DNA of 64,000 bases from Takakia lepidozioides (Eukaryota; Plantae; Bryophyta): NCBI GenBank assembly GCA_030704615.1, contig CM060734.1:16864001-16928000 (forward strand), given 5' to 3'. The first letter of the stretch is position 1. Each line of letters begins with the position of its first letter. Positions 38,120 through 49,884 of the stretch are shown here, piece by piece. Under the pieces are notes generated by a model, which saw nothing but the letters and a program-made list of their open reading frames with translations, was not told the origin of the DNA and did no database searches. The translations under genes were made by a program, and so were the position numbers.

Positions 38120-40205
38120 GGATGATGTCGGCTGAAGGGGAGAAGCCGGCACCGTGCCGTCATATTACTACCCCCGAATGGAAATTCGGCACCCAATACC
38201 CAACAGGGGCCACACAGATGAAGTTGTCTGGGGCAGAGATGCCGGCACCTGTCCGACAGAAAACATCCCCCGGATGGAAATTCAGTGCCGAATTTCCATT
38301 TGGATCCACCCAAAGGAAGTCCTGTCGGGGGGTCAGGCCGAAAACTGGCCGACCTAAAAACCTCCGCGGATGGAAAAACGGCGCCGAATTTCTATCCGAG
38401 GCCTTTCGGATGCAGTCGGCTCGGGGGAAAGGCCGCCATCTGGCCCTCACATTACAATCCCTGGACGGAAATTCGGCACCGAATATACAACAGGGGAAGC
38501 CCGGATGAAGTCGCCTCGGGCGCAGAGGCCGGCGCGTGTGCGACAGAGAATATCCCCTGGATGGACATTCGGCGCCGAATTTCCATCCGGGCCCCCCCAA
38601 ATGTCGTGTCAGGGGGTCAGGCTGAAAACTGGCCGGCATAAAAACATCCCCAGATGGAAAAACGGCGCCGAATTTCCATCCGGGGCCGTTCCAATGCAGT
38701 CGGGGAGGGGGGAGAGGCCGGCAGCTGGCCGTCACATTTCAACCCCCAAACGGAAATTCGGCACCGAATATCCAACAAGGGACGCCCGGATGAAGTCGCC
38801 TCGGGCGTAGAGGCCGGCACGTATTCGACAGAGAGCATCCCCTATATGGAGATTCGGCGCCGAATTTCCATCCGGGCCCCCCAAAGGAAGTCGTGTCGGG
38901 GGGTCAGGCCGAAAACTGGCCGACATAAAAACCTCCCCAGATGGAAAAACGGCGCCGAATTTCCATCCAGGGCCGTTCCAATGCAGTCGGGGAGGGGGGA
39001 GAGGCCGGAAGCTGGCCGTCATATTTCAACCCCCGGACGGAAATTCGGCACCGAATATCCAACAGAGCGGCGGAGAGGCCGACACCTCTCCGACAGAGAC
39101 CATCCCCCGGATGGAAATTCGGCGCCGAATTTCCATCGGGGCCCCCTCAAAGGAAGTCGTAAAAACCTCCCAGAATGGAAAAACGGCGCCGAATTTCCGT
39201 CCGAGGTTGTTCCGATTTGCCTCTAGCAGTCAAGGATTCCAAGAAAAACGTGTCTACAAGTGCACTTCAGCCACAAAACAAACAGTTAGGTTTGTTTTTC
39301 TCCGCAAAATCAATCGGACACGCTCAGAATTACCTGCAGGAAGGTAATTCAGCGCTTCGAAATACCTGGCGAATGGAAATTCGGCGCCGAATATCCATAC
39401 GCCAGTGATTCGAGTTACCTGCAGGATGGAAATTCGGCGCCGGATCTCCACCCATCCGGGATTCGAGTTACCTGCAGGATGGAAATTCAGCGCCGGATTT
39501 CCATCCATCCGCCTCCGAATTACCTACGTGAGGGAAATTTGGCGCGCGGATGGAAATCCGGCGCTAGATTTCCATCCATCCGCTTCCGAATTACCTGCTT
39601 GAGGGAAATTTGGCGCGCCGCCCTACCGAATTTGCAGCGCCGACTTACCTGGAGGATGGAGATCCGGCGCCGGATTTCCATCCATCCGCGCTCCGAATTA
39701 CCTGCATGATGGAAATTTTGCGCGCCGACCTACCTGACGGATGGAAATCCGGCGCCGGATTTCCTTCCATCCGCTCTTCGAATTACCTACATGACGGAAA
39801 TTTTGCGCGCCGACTTAGCTGGCGGATGGAAATCCGGCGCCGGATTTCCATCCATCCACTCTTCGAATTACCTGCATGACGGAAATTTTGCGCGCCGACT
39901 TACCTGGAGGATGGAAATCCGTCGCCGGATTTCCATCCATCCGCGCTCCGAATTACCTGCATGACGGAAATTTTGTACCTGGCGGATGGAAATCATGCAG
40001 CGGATTTCCATCCATCCGCTCACAAGTAACCTGCATGACAGAAATTTGCAGCGCCGACTTACCTGGAGGATGGAAATCCGGCGCCGGATTTCCATCCATC
40101 CGCTCTTCGAATTACCTGCATGACGGAAATTTTGCGCGCCAACTTACCTGGCGGATGGAAATCCGGCGCCGGATTTCCATCCATCCGCCTTCGAATTACC
40201 TGCAT
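38120..40205. repeat. Palindrome array B (inverted homolog of array A)
   Basis: GGATGGAAATYCGGCGCCGRATTTCCATCC units with the same two-tier organisation. Confidence 0.95.
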
Positions 40206-40820
40206 GACTGGAAAAATGGCACCATTTTTCCAGTTCGGGGCCGAAAATGGCTAAGTCCCTAGGGTGGCTGGCACCAAAATCGGAAATTCGGTGCCATTTT
40301 TCCAGTTCCGGGCCCAGTCAGATCTGGGACTTAGCCATTTTCGGCCCCGAACTGGAAAAATGGCACCGGAGATTAATTAATTAATTAATTAATTTTAAAA
40401 AAAATACGCCATTTTTCCAGTTCGGGGCCGAAAATGGCTAAGTCCCTAGGGTGGCTGGAACTGCAACCGGAAATTCGGCGCCATTTTTCCAGTTCCGCGC
40501 CCTGTCAGATCTGGGACTTAGCTATTTTTGGCCCCGAACTGGAAAAATGCCGAAAATGGATAAGTCCCTAGGGTGGCTGGCAGCAAAATCGGAAATTCGG
40601 CGCCATTTTACCAGTTCCGGGCCCAGTCAAATCTGGGACTTAGCCATTTTCAGCCCCAAAATGGAAAAATGGCGCCATTTTTCCAGTTCAGGGCCCCGAA
40701 AATGGCTAAGTCCCTAGGGTGGCTGGAACCGCAACCGGAAATTCGGCACCATTTTTCTAGTTCCGCGCCCAGTCAGTTCTGGGACTTAGCCATTTTCAGG
40801 CCCAACCTAGGAAAATGGTG
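40205..40820. repeat. Right subterminal repeats of MULE, with (TTAA)n tract at ~40372-40395
   Basis: Units of aaaatggctaagtccctagggtggctgg ... ggaaattcggcgccatttttccag ... gggacttagccattttc. Confidence 0.88.
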
Positions 40821-40969
40821 ACGAAAATGGTTTACGAGTGAGTGGTCGCATTGTAAGTTGCCTCCTGATTTTTTGAGGCACCTCCCCTCGCTCTTTTATT
40901 TCATTGAAAGACCGTTTCTGCTTCTGCTGGTATTGACATTCTTCAAGTGGATTTGTTCTTACTGTAGGA

Positions 40970-41433
40970 GGGACGTCTACACCGCAGTTCATGGGCAGGA
41001 GGAACGTGCATTTTTTTGCCAGGGGGGATTTCATGCCTAGTCCAGAAAGGGACTACATCCTTCCTACTTATGTTGCCCGGCTTGCTTCGGTGTCCATTAG
41101 GAGGTGTTCCGAACCTAGTCGTGTACAGCACATTTTAGACGAGGCAAGCCTCAAGAAAATGAAGATGAGGGAGGAGGCAGCAGCTATTAGAGCCCGTCAG
41201 GCTCGTAGATTTGTCTTGGATTCAGCTGAGGAAAGTGGGGGAGAAGATGTAGAAGATTCCCAGGAGGTGAGGTGGACAGTCCCCCAAGAGGACGGGATTT
41301 TTTAGAGGCATAGTGGAACTGATGCATCACAGAGCTTGGAGGATGAGGGGGATGAGGGGGATGAGGGGGATGAGGAAGAAGGTGGGGCAAGTTCCTCGGA
41401 GGGTGTAGGAGAGGAATGCCCATTCCGTCTATG
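40970..41433 (+). pseudogene. Orphan 3' exon with acidic tail next to right TIR
   Basis: AG acceptor at ~40968. Reads GGTS...GRRNVHFF...ERDYILP..., then E/D-rich sequence with a 9-bp GGATGAGGG repeat. Confidence 0.4.
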
Positions 41434-41637
41434 ACAGTTAGAACACAATTGTATAGACGTGGCTTGCCACAAAATTTGCAATAAAATGTTGTATTTCAAG
41501 TCCACTGGTGCCACATTCCAACTTCACATGACCCTATTTCCGTGCCTCCTAACCCTATTTCCGTGGACTCACAATGGTCTGCTCATGCTTTTTTTTTTCC
41601 CGCTCATGCTCATGCCGCTCATGAAATAGCAGCCCCC

Positions 41638-42512
41638 CATTCATGTTAGCTAGTTACCTTACTGTTGGTATTTAAGTATCAGTTTGCTTCAGCAATCTAT
41701 CGGATTCCATCAACTCATCCATTCATTCCACAGCTTCACTCAAATCTCTCTACACAGTGTGAGTATGAAGTATGTATCAGATTAATATCTATCAAGTATC
41801 AGGCTGAAGCCATGGTATCTCTATTCTGTTCTACATTACAACTCTACTTCTTGCATTCAGCAAGTATCAACAGATCGTTCTCCTCCTACTCCGTGCTCTC
41901 CCTCTTTCTCCTCAAAGATGCGCTCTCCGCTTCATTTCCAAGTCGTGATTCCCCCTCCCGAAGTCCTTCCAGAAGTCCCCAAGAAGTGATCCCCTCAGAT
42001 GTCCCCGCTTCCCGCTTTATCTCTTTACTAGCCGTTCTAACCGCTTTCCTAACTTACCGTTATTTTTGTAGTACACGTTCTTTTTTCAGATGTCGTTCCC
42101 CCACAGTCGTTCCCTGCCAATGGTAATTGTTCCCCAGTTGTGCCGAGCTATGACTGGCTGTATCAGGTTGTGGCGGGCTATGACTGGCTGTGTCGGGCTG
42201 TGTAGGGCTGTGCGAAGCTGTGGCGGCTGTGTCAGGCTGTGACGGGCTGTGTCGGGCTGTGTCGGGCTATGTCGAGCTGTGACTGGCTGTGCGACTGTGT
42301 CGGGCTGTGTCGGTTGTGTTAAGCTGTGACTGGCTGTGCGACTGTGACGGGCTGTGTCGGCTGTGTTAAGCTGTGACTGGCTGTGTGACTGTGACAGGCT
42401 GTGACTGGTCTATGTAAAAAATAAGGGTACCCTTTGGAACCCATAAAAATGTCTAAGTCCCAGACCCCACAGAACTCATAAAAGTGCCTAAGTCCCTGGC
42501 AGTCCTCTAACA
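41638..42512 (-). repeat. Gypsy G2 5' LTR, outer part
   Basis: Continues the LTR from 22916. Ends at 42512 (reverse complement TGTTAGAGGACTGCCAGGGACTTAG, matching the LTR start at 53858). Contains a 10-bp ctgtgtcggg array at 42140-42410. Confidence 0.92.
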
Positions 42513-43685
42513 GGGACACCATGGCATTGGCCTGATACTTGATAAATCTTAATCTGATACTTATTCGATACAATCACATTGTGTAGAGAGACATGAGTGA
42601 AGCTGTGGAATGAATGGATGAGTGAATGGAACCTGGTAGTTACTGAAGCAATCTGATGCTTCAGTATACACAGTAAGGTAATTTGCCAACATGAAGGCAA
42701 GAGGAAATACAAATAGGAACCACAACCATGATTCACTAGCTGTAGGTCATGACTGATTGTTCTGAGCGGGCTGAGTGCTTAGAGATATCTAACTCTTCTA
42801 TCTTGGAGTTTCCACCTCGGATAGCAAAGGGATGGGTGAGTAAAAGCCGCTCGACATTTGGCGACCATACTGGGGAACTGGGTCATGAACAACCAGATGT
42901 GACAGGCATCTGGTGGGATCATGGTGGTTGGAGAATTAAAGAATTTGATGTGAATCAAATTCCCTGTGGAACTGAGAAGGAAAGATTGTCCAAACAATTC
43001 TTTCAGAGTTTCTTGGAATTGCCAGACGGTTGTAAGGAAAACATTCTTAAGAGAGTGCATGATGCTGACCCTGAGTGGGGTCTGGAGAAAGGAGTGATAA
43101 AGATTTATCAAGTGGCTTGTAGAGGGAGAGCAAGTTGGTTATATGGTAACAGAGACTTCTAGTATAGCCAAGGGTGCATTGAAGCTTGAAAGAAACCCAG
43201 GCATATACGAGAGATACTACAGAAGAGAGTTTTGGTTATTGCCTCATTAAAGATATGAAAGACATGGGACATGAGTGATGAAAGAGAAGCTAGACTCCAG
43301 AGATATTCAGCAAAAAGAAAAATTTATCTAAAAGCTAATTATCCATATCTTTGGGAAAGAGGAATAGACATAGGGGAATCATCTGGACCTCTCACACCAT
43401 TAAGATCAGAGAGTACATCACCCATACCGGAAGAACTAGAGTTGGATGCCACTCCTTCTTATTCTTTACAAGAAAAGATTAAGGGAATTGGTACAAGAAG
43501 AGGATCAACCACGTGGAGAGAGATCTGAGGTACATCCCTGGATTAAAGATTTGACAGAAATTTTTGATCAGAGTTGGCATGGAACACCAAGGGCAGGAAC
43601 TCCAGTTTCTGAAGCATGAGACAAAGAAGGAGAGGAGGATGTGGCAAAGCCAACAGAGAGTTCAGACTCTCCCACGCCACTCTAG

Positions 43686-46600
43686 TTGAGTTACATGAGT
43701 GAGGAAGAAGAAATCCAAGAAAAGAACTTGGAAGATGAAAACAGAGAGAAGAAATTGGAAGATGAAGAGTATGAAGAAGTAGACCCAACAGTTGAGGTTG
43801 AGACTACAACTAGGACATCCCAACCTGTTGGACCTGGATCAAGTGGAGCACTTGGATCACAGGCCAACAATGGTGTCGGCTCAGGGGGATCAAGCGGGCA
43901 GCTTGGATCTGGCTCTGGGGGGACAGGGAGTGTGGGAAGTAGTGCAACTGTAGCTGGGAATACTGTAAGTACAGAGAGGCCAGTAGTAGGGAGTGCTCAG
44001 GGGCCAATACTTGGTGGGAGTTCCACCACTGCAGCAGCAGGTCCTCAATGACCAACACCAATAGGAGGACCAGCACCTGTCAGAGGGCAGGGTGTAGGGC
44101 CACAGATGGCGGTTCCTCCAACACGGGCAAAGCCACCTTTTCCAATATATGCAGGAAAAGGGGATCCTGATGTACACATTAGCCAATTTGAGCACATGTG
44201 TATTGTGAACAATGAGAATGGCGATGATGCCAAGATAAAACTGTTTCCTTGTTCACTTATCAAGAAAGCAAGTGAATGGTATGCAAGATTTCCGGATAAT
44301 CATTTCCTAACCTGGAATGGCCTTAGTACGGCATTCCAAAACAAGTTCAGGACAAGCAAAACTAAGGACGAAGTGTATGGAAGTTTACAACAGTTAAGGC
44401 AAAAGAAGCATGAAACCGTTGAAGAGTACATGGAAAAGATGGAATTAATGATGAAAAAGCTGGCTGCTGTACCAGCGCCAGGATTACAGAAGACCTGGTT
44501 TGTGAGTGGTCTAAGACCAGAGTTGCAAGAGAAAGTGATATGCTACCCCATAATACAGTGGAGGAGGCATTTGAAACAGCTAACAGAATTGAGCAATTGG
44601 GTATGCTCAGGAGAGAGAAAAGGGCTGATGAGGACTCTGAGGAGGAGTCAGATGAGGAAGAAGAGCAAGAGCTCAAGAGGAAGAGTAAGAAGAAGGAAAA
44701 GTTGAAGAGGGATAACTATGAGAAAAGATTGGAAGAAATCTTGAAGAAGTATGCCACAGAGGCTGCAACACATTGGAGGAAGGGTGTTTGGTGTGCAAAA
44801 TGCCAGAATGAAGGCTATACCACAGCTGAATGCCACATGAAGGATAAACATTGTACTATCTATAAAATGGATAACCATTGTACTGAGAATTGTTATTACA
44901 AGAGAAGGACAGCTGCAAGAGAACCTAGACAAGTAAGGGTGCATCAAGTGCAGCCCCAGCCAAGAAGAAACAGTGATCAAGACCACTATGGTAGGCCTGG
45001 TGGTTATAACAATGGTATGGAAGGGAGAGGAAATCCAAGAGGGAATTACCAAGGCAATCCCAGGGGCAACTATCAGGGTAATCCAAGGGGAATTATCAGC
45101 CAGGGAATCAGGATTATAGAAATAATCCCAGAGGAGATTAAGGGCGATGACCCAATGGTGAAGAACTGTGTTACTATTGTAATCAGGCAGGCCATCGCAA
45201 GGCTGCCTGTTCATTCTGGATTAGACACCAGAATGAGATGAGAGCTCCTGTGAATGAGGGCCCAGTGGTGGCAGCTCACATGGTTAGGCCATGTTTTGTA
45301 CCAGAAGTAAGTACAATGATAGTAACCAGAAGCAAAGCTAAACTAATACCTCCAGTAGATGAGGAAGATGATGATAATGAAGATGGTGGTGATGTGCCTG
45401 AAGATGATGAGGCTTGGAGAGATGAGAAGGAACTGCACAAGGAAGTGGCTGATACCATAAGGGAAATGCAGAAGAGTACTGATATCCCTATGGCAGATTC
45501 CTCTGATTCTGAAAGAGAAGATGAAGAGAGTGAAGATGAAGTGAAGAAAGAAGCTGCACAAGTGCAGGGTAATGAAGGGACTTTGGCTGAAGTAATATGC
45601 CAGTCCAAAGCGGAGATTACCATTGGACAGCTATTGGTTGTGTCACCTCATTGTAGGCACAGGCTGTATCAAGCAATCAATCAGATTGCCCATGTGATAG
45701 AGATCACAGGCATGAACAGCAAGGTGACCAGTTATAATGTGAAGCCGGAAGGGCGAGAAACAGTCATGGACTTTGATGATTCTATGCCAGTAATCCAATT
45801 GAGAATTGGAAGCACAGACCTGACTGATGTACTGATAGATGGAGGCTCTGGAGTGAATATCATGACAGACCAATTAAGGCAGAAGCTTGGTCTAAGTGAC
45901 ATGAAACCAGCCCCATTCACAGTAACAATGGCAGATCAAAAAAGTGTTCGACCATTAGGCTTGATAAGAGGAGTTAAGATACAGATTCAAAAGATGATCT
46001 TTAAGATCACAGTGACTGCATTGAAAATGGATGATGTCATGGAAGCTTACTCTTTATTGCTTGGTTGACCATGGCTGAAACAGGCCAGGGTATTCCATGA
46101 CTGGAATTCCCAGTTACTAACTGTGCATGATGGGAAGCGCAAGATACAAATCACCACTAAGAAATCTAGTAGACTACCTGCTACGAGAAGACCTCGAGGA
46201 GTCAGAGAGTATGACAAGAGGAAAGGACTTGATGAGGAGCAGGAAGCTACCTTGTTCGCTGCACACCCAGAGTGGGAGCAGGTTGCAGAAATGCAACTGG
46301 AAGGCTTAAGTTGTTTAAAAGGTATTTGTTGTGGTGTAGTAATAGCAATACCAATTGAGGGTGAAACAAGCAGTTACCCACCACATTTCTATGAAGAAAG
46401 AGAGGGAGAAATGGAAATCCTAGAAGAACCAGCCACTGTGAGTTTACAGGATGAAGTAGTGACTGGTTGGACAATCACAGCTGATGAGCAGGTGAGAGAA
46501 GTGAATGTGGGAACTGAGGAGGAACCGAGAATGGTGAAAGTAGGGGCTGACTTGGAGCCAGAATTCTTTGAGGAAGCTAAGAGTCTGTTCATCAAATACA

Positions 46601-49270
46601 GAGATGTATTTGCTTGGAGCTATGAGGATCTGAAAGGGATACCACCTGAGATCTAACAGCATAAGATTGAACTGGAACCAGGGTCAGTACCAATCAAACA
46701 TGCAAGGTACAGAATGAATCCCAACTATGCACAGAAGGTTGGGGAAGAGATCAAGAAGTTGGCTGAGGCTAAGTTCATATACCCGATAGAGTATACAACT
46801 TGGTTGTCACCCATTGTGATAATTCCCAAGAAGAATGGTAAACTGAGAGTTTGTGTGAACTATAAGAAGCTGAATGCTTATACAAAGAAAGATCCTTTCC
46901 CTTTGCCATTCCTAGAAGCGGTACTGGACATTGTGGCAGGCCATGAGATGTACTCATTCATGGATGGCTTCAATGGGTATAACCAAGTGCAAGTGGCAGA
47001 AGAAGACCAGGGAAAGACAACTTTCATCACAGACTGGGGTGTTTATGCATACAAAGTCATGTCTTTTGTCTTTGTAATGCACCAGCAACTTTTTAGAGAG
47101 TGATAAGCGAATCTTTCCATGAGTATCTGGATGATTTCATGCCAGTGTTCTTAGATGACTTCAGTGTGTACAGTTCTAAGAATGAGCACTTGCATAAATT
47201 GGAGTTATGTTTGGCCAGATGCAGGATGAGAGGTTTGGGCCCGAATCCAGAGAAGTGTACTTTCTGTGTGAACTCAGGGGTACTTTTGGGACACATTGTG
47301 TGTAAGAGGGGACTGCTTGTGGATCCCAAAAAGACAGAGGCTATTAAAGCCTCTCCACCACCAGGAAATGTTAAGAGTCTAAGGAGATTCTTTGGACAAA
47401 CCAGTTATTATATAAGATTTGTCAGACGGTATGCAGAGATAGCAGCACCATTGAACAAGCTTCTGAAGAAAGATGCAGTGTTTGCATGGACAGCTGAATG
47501 TCAACAGGCTTTTGAGGAACTTACATTGTCAATAACAACTACACCTGTGCTGATTAACCCTCACTGGCATGTAGTATTTCATGTTCACTGTGATGCCTCA
47601 GGAGAAGCATTGGGAGCTTTGTTAGCCCAAAATGTTACAGGAAACATAGATTCACCTGTGTACTATGCTAGCAGGTTGATGAACAGTGTTGAAATGAACT
47701 ATAGCACAACTGAAAGAGAAGCATTGGCAATGATTTATGCAGTCAAGAAATTCAGGCATTACTTATTGGGAAGGAAGTTTATGTTTTATGTGGATCATCA
47801 GGCTCTGATTTATCTGGTGAACAAGCCTTTGATAAGTGGCAGGATAACAAGATGGTTAATTATCTTGCATGAGTTTGAGTTCGAAGTTGTTTACAAGCCT
47901 GGCCGTTTGCATCTTGTGGCAGATCACTTGTCACGCCTATCAACAGGAGAGCCTACCACGGGAATAGACGACCAACTACCTTATGCGAGTTTATTTGCAG
48001 TGGAGGTGCAGGGAAGTGCAGATGATTGGTTGGATTGGCAGTGGCCAATCAGATACTACCTTACTCATGGTCAGTGCCCACCTAGTTATGGGAAGGAGCA
48101 GAGGAAGAGAATAGCTATCAAGGCTTTACCTTACACTATGATAGGGGGCAAAATGTATAAGCTAGGACCTGATGGAGTTCTTAAACGATGCTTGTACCAC
48201 CATGAAGTAAATAAAGTTTTGGAGGAAGTTCATAAAGGAGTGGCTGGAGGTCATTTTGGAGAAGAGACTACCAGTAGAAAGATACTACTTACAGGTTACT
48301 GGTGGCCTACTTTGTTCAAGGATGTACACAAATATTGCAAGAGTTGTGATGAGTGTCAGAGGCTAGGACCATTGCAGAGATTTGGGAAGATGGCTTTGCA
48401 TCCTACGATGCCTACTGAACCATTTCAGAAATGGGGACTAGACTTTGTTGGACCAATTAACCCACCAACCAGAAATACACAGAACAAGTATATAATCACA
48501 GCCATTGATTATACTACAAAGTGGGTGGAAGCTAAAGCTCTGAGGGACAACACAGCTAAGTCCACAGCAAGGTTCCTGTATGAGAACATACTTACAAGAT
48601 TTGGCTGTCCCTTGGAATTTATCAGTGACCAGGGAAGTCACTTCATTAATGAGACCATAGAACTATTGACCAAAGAGTGCATGATTGTGCATAGGAAGAG
48701 TACAACCTATTACCCACAGGGTAATGGGCAGGCAGATGCCACCAACAAAATACTATGTACTATCTTGGCTAAGATAGTCAATGCAAACAGAACAGATTGG
48801 GATACAAAGCTGCTGACAGCTTTGTGGTCATACAGGACTTCATATAAAGTCACCACTAAGTATTCACCATTTCAATTAGTTTATGGTATGGAAGCTTTAT
48901 TTCCAGTGGAATTCTTGTTACCTACCATGAGAACTAAATGGGGATGGAAGATTCAATTAAAGTCAGGAAACATGAATTATATCATGTGGAGGAAGTACGT
49001 GCTGATGCAGCAGATAACATGACCAGAATTCAGATGAAGAGGAAGGATCAGTTTGATGAAGGTAAATTAAAGACTTTTAAGACGGGTGATTTGGTATTGT
49101 GGTTGCAGAAGAAGGGTAAGATTAAAGCTTCTAAGCTTAAGTCACCTTGGAAAGGACCTTATGTCATACAGAAGATGTATGATAATAACACAGCCATATT
49201 ACAAACCATTAACAAGAAGATGCTTGGAAGAGTCGATGCCAATAAGTTGAAGGGATATAGTGGTATACAT
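43686..49270 (+). pseudogene. G3 gag-pol polyprotein, several frameshifts and stops
   Basis: DGGSGVN protease, TKKDPFPLPF..VAGHEMYSFMDG RT, HCDAS...NYSTTERE RNase H, HHCC plus KWGLDFVGP...SDQG...PQGNGQ integrase. No chromodomain or extra archaeal RNase H was seen. Confidence 0.95.
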
Positions 49271-49884
49271 GATAAACCATTACAGCATGATTTGCATCTT
49301 GAAACACAGATGCAGACACAAACTACATCAGTAACACCAACAGAGTATGGAGCACTTGTCATAAAGCCGAGTGTGTATGGCCCGGGCGGAAAGTACAGGT
49401 GTTCACATAGCTGTCACAGCCCACCACAGTGTGACACAGTCTATCACAGCCCACCACAGTGTCACACAGTTTATCACAGCCCATCACAGCATCACACAGC
49501 CTATCACAGCTCGTCACAATCTGACACAGCCTGACACAGCCCACGCAGGTTGCACAGTCCATAGGGTCAGTGACAGGTGGATGCGGGTTAACGTCAGAAA
49601 AGTGGCCGGCAAGTGAAAGGACAGCTTGGAAGTCAAACTCAAAGAATGTGCCATGAGGACAGGGGAAGACGGAGGCGTGTCTAAAAACAAACACGTGGCC
49701 ATTAGGGCGAAGCACACCGCAGTGCATATATTGCAAAAGTGGGTGTCATCATGCAAGAGGACAAACTGGGCCGTCAAAGTACCTACCCGGTACATCAGCC
49801 AAAACTATTTGTGGGCCCATTAATGCATTCAGGGCAAAGGTAACGGAACCCTTTACGAGTACAGAAAAGGGGGACTTTTGCCAC

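Larger units (their letters stand above)
22917..41637. mobile_element. 18.7-kb Mutator-like (MULE) element with TIRs and 8-bp TSD, carrying a trihelix TF gene
   Basis: TSD CATTCATG at 22909-22916 and 41638-41645. Left end is GAGGTTAGCTATTTCATGAGCATGAGCGGCATGAGCGG. Right end (reverse complement) is GGGGGCTGCTATTTCATGAGCGGCATGAGCATGAGCGG. The flanks rejoin into one LTR, and a MULE transposase lies inside. Confidence 0.88.

Noticed and set aside
17500-40205. Inversion between inverted copies A and B as the origin of the arrangement
   Set aside because: The two LTR halves and the TSDs are in consistent direct orientation, which such an inversion would have broken.
22909-41645. hAT classification based on the 8-bp TSD
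   Set aside because: The termini start with G, and the internal transposase has the MULE D..D..CxxH pattern with a Ulp1 partner.
42857-42876. tRNA gene
   Set aside because: Only an ~18-nt primer-binding site is present, with no cloverleaf.
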